Shown here: in pieces, positions 23,100 to 36,900 of the stretch | Layout of the letters: the number at the start of each line of letters is the position of its first letter | Position numbering within the stretch: position 1 is the stretch's first letter | Source: Carcharhinus amblyrhynchos | Taxonomy: Eukaryota | Length of the DNA stretch: 64,000 nt | Direction: 5' to 3' | Assembly: GCA_965287045.1 (NCBI GenBank) | Contig: OZ336889.1 | Span: 32,426,001-32,490,000 of the forward strand | Position numbers and translations under genes: made by a program | The notes under the pieces: generated by a model | What the model saw: only the letters and a program-made list of their open reading frames with translations | Told to the model about the DNA's origin: nothing | The model's database searches: none

Positions 23100-23195
23100 A
23101 TCCTTATTCAGATTTGGTGACGTTTGCCGCCACGTACGGGATGTGCCGCCCAATCAGAGGCACGCTGCCATAGAAACGCTTAATTTATAGTATAT
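23100..23195 (-). promoter_or_regulatory. candidate lhx5 core promoter
   Basis: CpG-rich block about 400 nt upstream of the ATG, with an NF-Y-type CCAATCAG (23150-23157), a CRE-like TGACGT (23118-23123), and TATA-like elements at 23102-23109 and 23184-23189. TSS not determinable. Confidence 0.55.
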
Positions 23196-25639
23196 CTAAA
23201 TTGAATACAACGTTGTTTCCGCACAGAGGAAAACAGCCCATTTACCATTGTGGGTGTTAGGTTTACTCGGTGCCTAATATCTTAAGTAAGAATGTCCTCC
23301 TATTCCCCTCTTTCTGATATGAAGATGTTTCTTTTGTCCAACTAAAGGACGTGGTATTTTTTGGTAAGTTAACATTTAGGTCGACTCACTATTTATGAAC
23401 AAGCGCTGATCCTGGCCAGAAACAGAATCAGAGACTAAGGTACCCAAATAAAAGCCAATTAAGAGATAAAGGTCTCTTTGCATCATCTAATAGATCAGAA
23501 CCCGCGCGCTTTGCCAAGTGGGATGCAGATTTTGGATCCCGGTGTACAGTCAACGTTAGATCTAGCTGCTAGCCTGGGCAAAGATCTGCCCGTCGCTTTC
23601 TCTGCGGAGACAACTTTATCTAATTGGTACTAATGGTTATAAGTTGCGAGGTGATCGATTAAGTGGAACATGTTATGTCGTAGATTGCTGATTTAAATAT
23701 GTATTTGGAAAACAATCATCCGTATGCAAGGACCTCGTAAAACTTTCCTGCAAAGTGAATTATTCTTGATTGTGTTCAGTTGGTAGTATTGTTTCCAACA
23801 ATCACAGATGAATGTTATGTTTCTAGTATATTGTGTTACTTTAACCACATGTTCAATAAAATCAAAGACATCCGAAAATCACAGATCAGCAGATTTGCGT
23901 GTTGTTTATATATTGTAAATATATAAACGGGGACCGCTTCTGGAAATCGCACGCCATTGTTTCATTAACCTGCATCTTCGCTTTTTAGATGTGGTGACGA
24001 ACTAAAATATATAGTTGATTTTTTGAAGGAGGCAGCGCTTTCCATACATATCCTCTTGTAGGGTAATTGGAAAGGTATACAGGGTGGATTAACTTTGTAG
24101 ACTTAAATTCGCAGTTAAAAGGGAGGGCTGACAAGTGCCTGACAAAGCAACTGCTAATGGGAACAGAATGAAGCTGTTTAATTAGTCATTTCATTTACTG
24201 CCTTGGCTTTATCACCTTTACAGGATAACAAACTAAACATGTTGTATATGCTCACAGATACATGCTTTACCTATCTTTCCACAGTTCCTTGCAGTCTACG
24301 CTGCAATAACTCAGATTTTAAGTCAGAAATCTGAGGTAACGTATAAATTGGCACAGTGGGGTTATTAAGTAATTAACAGCTTAGGCATTTAGGGTGTTGA
24401 TGTAACATCTGAAACTTGATCTGTTGCACTTTCCTGAGTTGAATTTCGGTAACTGGAACTGGACCAACTCTTGGACAACTCTTGGACAACGAGGGGGAAC
24501 TTTTGAAATTACTAATTATAAAATATCATCCAACACTGTAACTTTAGATTAAAATATGATATTTCAGTTTTGTACATTTTGTTAACTCTGGCACTACGAC
24601 GTGACGGAGGCATTGAACATAGACTGATTCATATGCATGTTTCATTGGGTCAGTAATACGCAATATCACTAACATTAGCTCCCATGTTATATGATAGTCA
24701 CATCAATTTTCTCTATTGAATACAGTGTGTAGAAATATTCGGCCTGCTTACCAGACGTTGGCTGACTTGCTCTTGGTAACAGCACGTTACACCTGATTAC
24801 CGATAAATACATGCAATTTACATTTACTAGGCGTAGGACGCAGATGCCACATCTCGGTGCCACAAACGCCACTGTGCATGTTCAAGTCAGCATAGATCAG
24901 GCTCTTTAATCACGATTCAAAACAAAATATCCACGCCAGGGTACAAAATAGCACGAGTTGTTCTCATTATGCTTATGTGGTGGATTACAGTTCATTGATT
25001 TATCGTGGCTTAGGCAATTGTATGTCGGCATGGTAATGCCGAGTGGAAACTCTGAGCCATACTGGGCAAGTCGCACACCCTGCCAAATATGTACATTATA
25101 AAATTAAAATAAACTTTGCGTTACATCTTTGAGACATGTGTAGAAGTGTTGTGCTTGTAAATAGGGACAGGTTGTCTTCTTATTCGCGTATTTCGTTTGG
25201 AGGACAGTGCCAAGTAAATAGATAATCTTCGAATTGTTATTTTTATAGCACAATGCTGCACTCGCACTAGTTTCGAAATATTCTCCCCCTTCTAGTTGCC
25301 GATACACATTAAATAGCTGAACTGATTCTTTGCGTTTCCTTTCTTTTAAAGAAAATGGCAGGAGTATTTATTTAAGAGAGGCGATTAAAACAACCAGGCA
25401 TTGGAAGTACAAATCATCTACATAACACAACTCAGGACAATTTGATGCTGATGTTCCCAACAAACTGTTCCGTTTCCATTCGTGTTAATTCATGTGTAGT
25501 GGGAAGTGATTATTTTGACATGGAACCCCGTGTCGTTTCAAATCTGCAGTGTAATGAACCCGAGGTCACGTTTCTGTGACGTTTCGGAAAAGAACAAAAG
25601 TCTGAAAAGGGTTAGTTTAGCTGCAAGATCAGAGCTCGC

Positions 25640-25710
25640 GACACACACACATACGCACACACACACACATATAAATGTGCGTGTGTGTGTGTGCATTTTA
25701 TGTGTGTGTC
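25640..25710. repeat. (CA)n/(TG)n inverted microsatellite
   Basis: CA tract, ATAA spacer, then a complementary TG tract. Confidence 0.9.
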
Positions 25711-27321
25711 AGAGACTCGAGTCTTTCTGGAGTCTTTGTCGGTGAAATAACTGTCAAGCTTTTTTTTAAAAGAGGTGAACTGGACTCCAACTTTTTATTT
25801 TTCCGACCCGGGCAATGCTATTTGTGAAAGACCCTGTGTATGCACTTCATTTGCATATAAGAACAAGGATGCCATATAATAAAGTATTGAAATATTAACT
25901 ATTTGAGGAGTAATCTGGCTTACCATCTCAGCCATAAAAGAACATCGCCGGTGAAACGCTACCCAGATTGTACACGCAGAACGCTCCATATCCCCGCATT
26001 GCAGCCAAGCAAACTGAAAAGATACACACATTATTAAAATAAAACCGTCGCTTCTCTGCTCTTATTAATAACGAACAAACGTCTGGCGGAGCAACTCAAG
26101 GACAGCTCGTCGCATCTCCAGGAACACTTTTAATACAGTGTGATGCCTTTAGTTCCCCGTCCTAATGGGACAACTTCATTTAGGTTTCGTTAAACCTTTA
26201 TGCCCATTGTTGTTTCCCCTGCACATCTTTTAACAACTCCGGCTGAAAGCGTTATGGTTTGCGAAATCCGTATCTCGTAAATGTTTTGAACAAGGAGGCC
26301 AAAAAAGATTTGCAATGGATGGAAAATTGCAATCAGCTCAATTTTCGAAGCAGCTTTATTTACTAAAACAAATAATTATTAATCAATGAACCCACACATA
26401 GAATAGTCTCCCGATTACAGAATAGCGGGCACATATCTACAGATGAAATATTTAAGGGTGGCATGTATTATAAAACATTGGCAGACTGGCTTTATTCAAA
26501 GCGACGTGCAGAGTAATTCTTATTATGAAAGAATCTGTCTTTTTAAAACAAACTGCACAAGCAACGCGATCAGGGGAAGTTATTTTGCTCTGTGTGTGCG
26601 ATTTTAAAGTTAAACAAACCCAGCATGGCCCTTGTAAATCGCCTAGGCTTTTATAAGTGACTGCTTTTCAAATGATAAATTTAAATAGTCCTCAGCATTC
26701 ATTACCACTGCTTTGATACCAGCGAGGCGTGAGAAATTGCATATAGTACCCTTTGCACGACTGCTTCAACCAAGAGCCGAGGACAATCGAAATCGGAATC
26801 CCTCAGCAAGGGGAGAAAACCACCGCCTCTGCGTTATAATCGCAAGTTGCATCGTTTGAGAATGTATCTATCAACAACGAGGTTTGCTCCATTTGCAAGA
26901 TCAGTGCGTTTGTTAGCCTACCGCCAGAAAAAAAACCCCTTCAAAAAAAATGCAATTCCCTTAAGCAATGTTATAGTAAACAGACCAACTCTACTGGGAG
27001 AGCGCCGACTCCTTTAAAACATATAACATTTATTTTTATGTGGTCAGATATAATTAGCTCGTCCCACTCTGAGGTAGGGACGTCAGTTTACCCAGAAATC
27101 TTTTCACTCACAAAACAAGGGGAGAAACAATCAGTCATGTATATTAAAATCGATCAATTACTTGTCTCATTAAGAAAGCATGAGAAAGAAAAACAGAGCC
27201 ACTGTGAGCGTGTGCAGTCACAGCACAGAGCAGAACTGAAAAGGATTTTTCAGTATTCCCTAATGGTGTGACTGGAAACTAACGTAAGGTAATATACGCA
27301 GATTTTAAGTAACATTGCTGA

Positions 27322-27374
27322 GGGGAGTGGAGGGGGAGGGTGGGTGGGTGGGGGTGGGGGGCTGTGCGTGGGGG
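27322..27374 (+). other. G-quadruplex-forming tract
   Basis: At least 7 runs of three or more G with short loops. Confidence 0.7.
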
Positions 27375-30300
27375 AAATTATTTGAAATTAAATCCGGTCA
27401 TAAACAGATCAAGTGTTTGGTCTACCTTGTATTTTCGTTTGATTTATGAGGAATATGCTAGGGTAAATATGCATGCAGGTAGACAAAGCTTTAAATGGTT
27501 CCGCGTTTCAGACGGGTAGGCTCTACTGATGAATTTGTGTTCACCTGTTATTTTGGAATTTGCTGTAAATGGAGGTGATACAGCGTTACTGCCCCATTGA
27601 CTATTGTTTGGAAGGTGTTGGGAAAACGCTATAAGCGCACCGCTAAACTGGCTGGCACCCGCCTCAGAGCTTAGAGCGATCGAAGTCAAGTGCAGGAGGA
27701 GCTGCTCGCCTCGGGCAAGCAGCACAGACTCAGATGGTATCAGAAGAATTTGCTTCCAGGGATTACAAGAGAAAGATCTTCTTTTGTATCAGTTCGGATG
27801 CCATTTTGAACACTCCCCCCCCCTCCCCCGCCACCGTCCCCACCCACTCACTAAACTCAGTAGCTTCTTAACAACATTTTAAACAAATCATTTTGGCTTT
27901 TGCAAACCCAGTATTTTCAACAGCGTTGTTGTGGTAGCCGAAACCGCAACAATCAGGGAAAGTAATTGCCATTCTTTTGGTCGGATACATTTAACGACCG
28001 GTCCTGCGCACTTGATATCCGCTTAACGTTTTATTAGAAGTTTTTGACATCTCAAAAGCAGCGCCCCTCTGATTTACATCCAGAGTGTAATCTGGAACTG
28101 TATTTAAAAAGAGCGGTGTTTTTTTTTGTGCGGTTGGCGCTTTTGCACATGCCCCGCCTTTCAACAACCGGTGTACTTACCTTATCTGCAAATATGCTGT
28201 GATAAATGACTTTCTTTCCGAGACCATCTTCATCCCAAAGTTTACAAAGAGTTTGGGACGGACGTCAGGAGCTCCTACAGTCTGTCAGGAAATGCTGATT
28301 TTAGCCCAGTCACCTAAACCCAAATGACTTTGCGTTTGATCCGGATGACCTTTCGTTACCTAGTCAACACCAGCCTTCGCGCGTTTTACAATCGTCTTCG
28401 TTACATGATTATAATGATAAAATAGACAAGTCGAAGAAAATACTGACTCACCACGGTACATTGAGAAAGCGCAGTGATGGTTAATAGCACAACTTACCAG
28501 ACGATGGACTATAATAATGTACTGGGATGGACGAATGCTAAATATTTAAAACAAGAAATGACCGTGAACCACAAATAAAACTATTTGGAAATTAGATTCA
28601 TGTTATTGAGACATAAATACTTTTAGATTGGATTAGCATCAATTTTATCACGTTGATGATAAATTTATGAACGTGCTATATTTGCATAGTCTAGTATTTT
28701 GGGGACTGTGGCTAATTAAATAAACCTCAAATGGAGTTGGAAATCAGTTGTCCATTGCAACACAGTTTTCTGTCAGAAAAGAAATCTAAGGATAGCAACT
28801 GTGAATGCTTAGAGATGTCTCTTTATCCTGTATGCTACTTAGAGATGTTTCCTGATCCTTGTTCATTCTCCCTTTCACTCGAATTCAGGTAAAAAGTGTT
28901 ATGAAATATGAAAAAAAGGCAAACAGGAGTGTAAGTGGCAAAGATCTCCAAGATTATAGATCAGCTTAATGCCAGGCAACGAATCCTTTGGAAAGGAAAT
29001 CCACCGTTTTGTTTTCAGCCAACCGAAGTATAGCATTCAAACGTTTCTCAAAGAAGAAAAGGTCATTATCTTCCGTTGAATAAGGATGAGATATATAAAT
29101 GCCATCTGTTTTAACATGCATGGAACATTTCTTTTAACTTATTATGCAGGAACAAAGGACACGCGATGAAGATTTGAATACTGCAGCGGTACTGGGATTT
29201 TTGCATAATTATTCATATAGAAAAATCTATACGCTTGCATCTAAAATATATCGAGATTGAAGTCTTAAAGAGAAAGCGCTTCCTTGTAAACCTGTATCAA
29301 TCATGCAAATAAAAGGACCTCTAGGTCACATCGTCCTAAACTGGTATATGAAGATTATTTATTAAGCTTGACACAACACTATCATTTAAAATAGCTCCTT
29401 TACTTTCAGGGACAGTAACCGTTAACTGTCGAATATGGAGGGAACTCCCGTGAGAATGTTTATGAAGATTTAATAAGTCACTTGTTATGTAAATGCACTT
29501 ACAGGAGCCAAAAGTAGAGATGCTGTTCCTTGGGGGGTCTACATGAGGTGAATTGTTATTACTACAACAGTGAACCGAATTACTTTTATTTAGCACAGAA
29601 TTGTGACTCGGGACAATGTGTAACATTGCCTCCCAGCAAATACGCATGTTCCATTGAAAGTTGTGGACCATATTTCATGGCCCTCAGATCACTCTCTTCA
29701 GCTCATTTGCAGAGGAACTGAAACTTTGTGAAGGATGTAGATAATTGTTGCAGCTACCTGGTGTCGCTGGGAACCCTCAACAGGGGATTAACAATGTAAT
29801 CTCCCTAATAGTATCATTTTTTATTTTAAAAACAAAACACGTCAGTTTAAATAGAGACTGCAGTGAGATCATTCCAAACCGTATCAGGCCAAATGTTTAG
29901 TTAGTCGATATCAATACATGGTTGGTTTGTTCCAACTATTTATTATGGTAAGGTTTATAATAATGATTTAAGTCTTAAGGTAGAAATCATTGAAGCGTAT
30001 AAAGTAACCTATCAGAAAAAGGGTCTATTTCGCCAATCGTTCGGAGAACAAGTACATTATTGTCTGATCAATAATTACTTGTCAATTGCTTCATTCCAGG
30101 CGCCATAAAGGCTACAGGAAACGGCATCGAATTCTTATAAGCAGAAAGTAGTGTACAGAGGCATCGGGATGGGTAGCAGTTGAATGTTCAGTATATTTCT
30201 GGAATGGAGATCTCATAACTCAACGTGACAAAGTGAGTTATAAAGATTTCGTTTGCCCATCAATGATAAAACTTCGGATTTCACAGTCCTTCCAGCAACA

Positions 30301-30724
30301 CTGATATGGGAAAATTGCACAGACATTTACTATATTCAGTTTAATAAGATATGTAAAAGTTATAAAATAAGTAGAACAGTTGAGGCAACTTACGGTGTGA
30401 TTCGGAACTCATGGTGATACTAAATCAGTTACTCTAGCAACTAATTTGATATTAGTACAACTTCCAAGTTGAAATACGACAGCACTATTGTTTCTAACTA
30501 TAATCCCTATCCGTTCTTGAACCTATTTAGTATTTCATGTGAGATGTGACCGTATTTGATTGTACAATGTATTGGAATGTTTCATAATTGATAGATTCAA
30601 TTTTCAGTAAGTTTTGACAAATACATGTTTTTAAGGCCTTTCACGTTTGCGATTGTCAGCTTAAATGTAATCTAAAGTCTTTTTGTAGCAGGTTTAGATC
30701 CCTACACAATGACACAATTTGTTT

Positions 30725-30945
30725 AAGAAAGGAAAACAGAGATTGCTGGAAATGCTCAGCTGGTCGGGAGGCATCTGTGAAGAGAGGATGCTGGGGCTGT
30801 TGGTTCCAATTGATGACCTTTAGTTCCTACGTTAACCCCCAATTTCCTCCCAGTATAGATGCAGCCTGGCCCGCCTGGGTTTCCTGCATTTCCTGCTCTT
30901 CTTCATGTTTCAGATTTCTAGCATCTACACTATTTTCTTTTTTGT
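30725..30945. mobile_element. decayed palindromic Penelope-like-derived repeat
   Basis: Left arm 'tgctggaaatgctcagctggtcgggaggcatctgtg' is imperfectly complementary to right arm 'tagatgcagcctggcccgcctgggtttcctgca...tttcagatttctagcatctac'. Confidence 0.6.
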
Positions 30946-31984
30946 ACGCCCGACTATGAAATATTTCAACAAAAACAGCAAACGAATGCAAAAAGCAAAC
31001 GATTCTCGAAACACCCACAGCTTGGGGTTAAGAGTAAATATGGTCCACCTTTGTAGTTTCCATTTCAGAAAGAACCCCCTGGTTTCAACACCCAGTTGGT
31101 TCAATAAAACGCTCAATTACAGTGCTAACTCTTGAATCGCCACAAGAAATTGCCGGGATTTTTTAATTATTTTTTTTTAAATCGTAAAGTTGGAGTTAAT
31201 GCAACTCAAGGAGATGTCGTGCTGATTGGTTACCAACTCCAAAAACACCAAAGCAATTCTAATGTTAACGTTGTGAGTCAGTGTCGTGGCCAGGTTGCTT
31301 TGTGCTAAAATTATTTGACCATCAAGACTCCGTATCATGAACTTTCTTCTCTGGATAGCAGTCACATAGCTTCATTTAAATGCATCACAGGGGCGCCAGC
31401 AAACATAGGCACCCTCAGGCTACCCCCACACCCCCTGCCTTTTTAATATTTGGACAATATTGGCACAACGCTGTGGAAAGATGTCTCACCACACCATAAT
31501 TCAGGAAAGGAGTGAGTGAGGAAAGGAAGGGAGAAAGCAAAGTGAAGACAGTAGAAATAACTTGCAAAATATTCCAAACATAATCACCAATGTCATATCC
31601 AAAACAACTGCATGATTTGTCAATCTGATCCTTTCAAAACCTGTGGATGACTTCAATATATCATATATGCACCAACACTGTGTGAGAGTAGGTCTAAGAT
31701 TCTCGATTTTAACTGTTCAGTCTTGCTCGAGACACTCGAATATGTGCATTCGAGAACCTGAAACGTGCATTAACTTGGGAGCTTGTTTCCAAATATATTT
31801 TTTCAATAATTGTAACAACACAGATCCAGCAGTAAGCTAAATTTGGCATCATAATGTATGCCGCTGTGCACGGTATAATTAAACTCACAATAGAAACAGT
31901 TTCGGGGTTGAACCAGGATTTAGGGATTCATTAAACTTGCAGATGCAGATACAAATACAAAGTCTTGCCTTTATATAGGAGTAC

Positions 31985-32230
31985 AAAAGCAAACTACTGC
32001 GGATGCTGAAAATCTGAAACAAAAAATGCTGGGAAACACTGAGGAAGGGTCATCTAGACTCCAATTCTCTCTCCACAGGTGCTGTCAGACCTGCTGAGAT
32101 TTTCCAGCATGTTTGTGTCTGGTAGCGTCGTTGCAGAGAAACAAAAACAAGAGTTGAACAGGGCCTGATGCTTCACCCCTCACCATTGCTGACAGACATG
32201 CTGAGCATTTTCACCATGTTTTTTTCTGTG
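31985..32230. mobile_element. nested Penelope-like-derived repeats
   Basis: 'aaaagcaaactactgcggatgctgaaaatctgaaac' arm is interrupted by an oppositely oriented piece at 32039-32120, similar to the reverse complement of 75-167. Confidence 0.6.
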
Positions 32231-33614
32231 TAGTCTTGAATTTATATGTAATTCTCAAAGTGCTTTATCGCCAAACAAGTACTTTTGTGAACAGTTGCAG
32301 TGAAAAAAAAAATGTATAGGTGAAACCTCAACCTTTGCCTCCAGAATTAACCCTTACGCCTTTTTTGCATTATATGGTCAAGGCAAAGTATTAACACTTT
32401 TCCAATGCTTTGTTATTAGAGAATGAAATCCGACCCGCTGCGACACTGGTCTACATCTTAGGATACCGCATGTTTAAAATGAACATTATTAGATCAGTAC
32501 TAGAATAATACTAACATTCGTGGTTTGGTCTTTTGTTTTTTTTCTAAGTTTAAACACAACAGATCATATGATAAGAAATATGGCATGTATCGTGGTACCT
32601 AGTTATCTGTTTACATATTCTGAAGGCACTCACTCGCCAATTTTTGCCAACATCGGGTTGATTTTATTTGCCCTAAAAGAATATTGATTTTGAAGAACTC
32701 CTGTGATCTAATGACAATGACAAAAACTTGGAGACCTGGGAGTCCGTCAGTTCCAAACATCTCCTGACGTTGTAAAATGCGGGCCATTTCTTATTCGCAA
32801 TTATTATACTATTATCCCCATATATTTCTTATTTCAGAAACTGAGAGGCATAATGTCACAGTAATAATCATTTTATTTTAACTTCAAACATAGTATTAAA
32901 CAAAAAGAAAGAGAAAACTGTAAAAAACAGACAAATGTTACATGCCGCAAGTTTCATTTCTGAAGTTTGGTATTTAGTTATATTGGATTATTCCCGCAAT
33001 GTGTTCGATATGCAATCCGAAGAGCCTCTTTCCCTGAGTATGTTTCATTTCCATAATAGTAACGCTGTTAATTAGACTGGGTGGATAAAGTAATTACAGA
33101 AAATCTGATCCAAACAGGGAGAGATTTCCTACACCTGTATTTGATTTATTTATAAAGCAATTTTAAAATCCATTTTCGGTTTTGCTCAATGCTTTATTAT
33201 GCAAAGGAACACGGTTATGTTTCAATGCATATCGAAAACCATATATGAACATTATGGCATTGCATTATTGATTGCATGATCCCCTGAATAAAGGCTTGGA
33301 GCTCCCAAATGAAAAGTTCATTCTTTCCTGTAATTCCAGATCTGATGACATCAAGTGGGTTAGAGGGATTATAGCCAGGCGTGTTAACCATTTAATAGGG
33401 AGTGCAAAATGAACAGAAAAAAAAACTTTCCTTGATTGCATTTAGGAAAAAGTATGCAGGCAAGATATGTTTTAGTGCCTTCATATTAGCACTGGAATTC
33501 AAATTTTAAAGAATAGAAAAAAAGGAATAAGGGACTTTTCCTTTATTGCAGTGTAATTGTTTACTGTTTGGATGTTTAGCTCGATGTGTGGAACTTAATA
33601 CAGGTTTCCCTGTG

Positions 33615-33910
33615 CTGGGGAGGGCTGCGCCTTTAAGGGCAGCGGGCGAGCAGCTGCAGGTGGGGTTAGGGGTGAATGTTGGCCAGGTGGGCAGGCAGGG
33701 GAGAGCCTGGCGCCTGGCACCAGCTGGAGGCTCAGCTCGAGAGGCGCTCGCGGGGGAGGCCGGCAGGTAAACCGAGCTGGCGGCAGCCAAGCGGGCCTCC
33801 TGGCTGGGCTGGCTGGTTGGCTTAGCGGGCTACAGAGGCGCGCGGCTCATTAGCTTCCCGCCAGTTCGGCGGCACTCCCCCAGCACTCCCCGGGAACACG
33901 AGGGAGGGAA
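33615..33910. promoter_or_regulatory. orphan CpG/GC island about 11 kb upstream of lhx5
   Basis: Abrupt, very GC- and CpG-rich block in AT-rich surroundings, with no recognisable coding or transposon signature. Confidence 0.7.
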
Positions 33911-36900
33911 CCTCTCCTCTCCACCTTTCCCTATCTCTCCAACACTACCCCTCCAAACCTGCCAAAGGGGAACAGACACTCAGTGACCACCATCGCCTCT
34001 CCTCCCTCTCAGTTTGCATCAGAATATTTATTGAATGATACCCCCGTTAATGAGGCTTAAACGCTTCAGTATAAATTCCACAGCAAGGCCATATTTTGAC
34101 AAGTGCAGAATCAAGCAATTACTTCCAGCACATTAACGAATTCGATACATTATTGCCCACTACTTAATTCCCTTTTATCCCATGGTCTGGGTGGTTGGAG
34201 AAAAGACTTCGAGGCTCATGTATCACTTGTTACATTAAAAAACGCACTTTATCAAACGTTAATAGTCCAAATCATTATTTGAAAATGCAATATATATATA
34301 ATTATTCCAATCTCGCTCAATAATACCTTTCTTGCAAAGCCAAATCTTGGACTGGCTTCCGTCAGGGAGGGAATCCCATGTCACAGCGCCGGATGACCCA
34401 GCTTTGACATGGAGTCTTTCTGGGGCAGAAACCTAATGATAGTTGGGACATACGAGTTTCTAAGATAAGAAGTCACCAGACGCCTTGATAACAAGGTTAG
34501 TCGAAAGATCACCATTATACAGAGAATCTGATCTAGACAAAGGACGCTCATTTCTGCAACTCCTATTACTTTATCACACTTTTATCCTGTTCCTTTTCTT
34601 TTAAAGATATTCCTATTGTCAAAAGCCTCTTTTAAATGCAAGAACAGGTTATGCAAAGAGCAAGCCAAACTGTACAACCTGCTAAATATCGACAGGCACT
34701 TAATGCAGTAACTTTGTGATATCAAAGCTAAAATAAACGCAAGACAAAACAAATACATTTTGAACAAGACAAACAGCCGACTTCACATGGAAACACAGGC
34801 TACAATAATCTGCAACGGAAGGCAAAAATATCGCTGTTGGGTTATAAGAAGCACGGTGATAACTGATTTATCAATTATGCTGAAAATCATGCAGTGAATA
34901 AGGAAATGTAGTTACACTAGAAGTTCATGGCCGGATGACAATGTTGCGTTAAGGGGAGGAAAAAAAATTAAGGTCATGTAGCTAGTTGTAAGGAAAGGCT
35001 TAGCTGAAAATAACTGTGAATAAGTGTATAGCAATGACTCTTGCTTCTCTTTACAAATCCTGATGTTTACCACAAAAGGAAGGAACGGCAGCAAACAAAG
35101 ACAGATTAATCTGTAGTTAGATTGCCTTTTAGTGAGAAGATGGCCTTGACGAGTTAATTAAGCAGCAGCCTGTAAAACCAGTCTATTTGCATAGTAAATC
35201 CTGGCCACTATGCAAGTGTGGACAATTCTGGTTTAAATTACAGCCTCATGAATATGCTAATCTAGTTGTGGGCTAAAAGGGTTGCCTTAGCAACCTTTCT
35301 CCAGGTAGCCCTTCTATAGCTGCCCTTGATATCCCCAAAGGCTTGTAATGTGTGAAGGAGTTTGGCAGAGGAGCATTTTGTCACAGAACATTGAACAAAA
35401 CAAAGGCAAACACACACGTTTTAATTTCACAGCACAGAAGCCTGTCAAATCAAAGACGAACTGAACAGATAACACAAAGGCCCCACCACCCTCGAAGGTA
35501 ACAATGTAGCACGCACGTTTTCGAAGGTTTACATGAATTAGTGAAATAGGTTTTGCTTTTGCAATATTACAACATTTATGGCATTGTAACAGAGTCAGTA
35601 AGTGACTAGAATACCAGGCGGCAGTGCATTAATAAGTGACAAATACCCAATAGTAAACCTTTCTGGTGTAAACATGTATCTTTCCCCCCACAGTTATTAC
35701 GTTGGCATTAAAAGATACAGCTTTGGAGACCTTCACCGATGGCAGACATCATCTGAATCTGATGTGTCTGATTAGGCTATTGAAGACTGAATTTTACGTC
35801 ATGTACTAGTTTCATTAGTTAATACATCACCAATCTCGCATCGGGAACATAAAGGAAATGCAAGCCTTCCTTAGTTTTTCATGATTTTTGTTCATGGGGA
35901 ACGCTTATAAAACGAAGAGGCACAACCTGAAAGCTAAATAAAACAAATGGACAGTGCTTTTGTTAAATACCAAACAGCCCTCATTTCGAATTGTTTACAC
36001 AATCTATACATTTGAAAGTAAACAATACAGCAGATAGGTGTTTTTGTTAAATGGTCCAATCCTGTAACAATTTTATCTGTCAAAAAAGAAGTGCCAAATA
36101 GAGTAATTGGTTTGTAGATAAAGCACTCCGTGTTGCTGCTAGAAATTTAATTTAAATTTAATTGAAAATAAACATGTAACTAAACAAAAGAAGGGAATGA
36201 GCAATAATTATTAAGTCACATTACAGGGACTCGTCAGGCTAATGTTGCCTAAGCACAACGCAGCACAACCCTATTGTGTTTGCCAATGATAATTTGAAAG
36301 CTTCATTGGCCACCACACGTTGTTCGCCCCCTTTATAACAGGGAGTGTACACACACACGAAAATGACGCGGAATCAGGGTTGCCGCTGAAAGTGAAGCAG
36401 TCACGCGAGAAAAATGAGAAGAGTCATGTCTCTGAGCAGGAACCTGGCACCAGACCCACAGAAGCCCTGAGCACTGGTCTTCTGCTGGAAAGCGGCAAAG
36501 AGATGGGGGTCGTCTGTTAGCAACCAGTACGGTGCCGTTCTGTATGTTCACACCGCCCCAGGCATTCTCCTTGTAGATTAACCGACCAATTTATATCCTT
36601 AAATCCTTTCCCGAATCTTTAAATCTCTTCCTGAAGTATTTTAGCTCAGTGACTTCAGCTCACTGAACGGATGCAAACGCTATTTGTTTTTAAAATCCGA
36701 GACCCATTTGTATGCATTATACAGAATTAATTAATATCCAAACGCTTCCGGAGCTCTCTGGAGCCTAGCTACCAAACCAGCTTTTAAAATGCAATAAGTT
36801 CTCATCAAAATAAGTTTAGAAATTTCCCAACATGAATGATCTGCGTTCCATTTATCCAAATCCCCTCATTGGATATGTAAAGAAAAACGCTAAGAGTGAT

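Noticed and set aside
24465-24490. 11-bp tandem duplication caactcttgga
   Set aside because: Simple slippage event with no sign of function.
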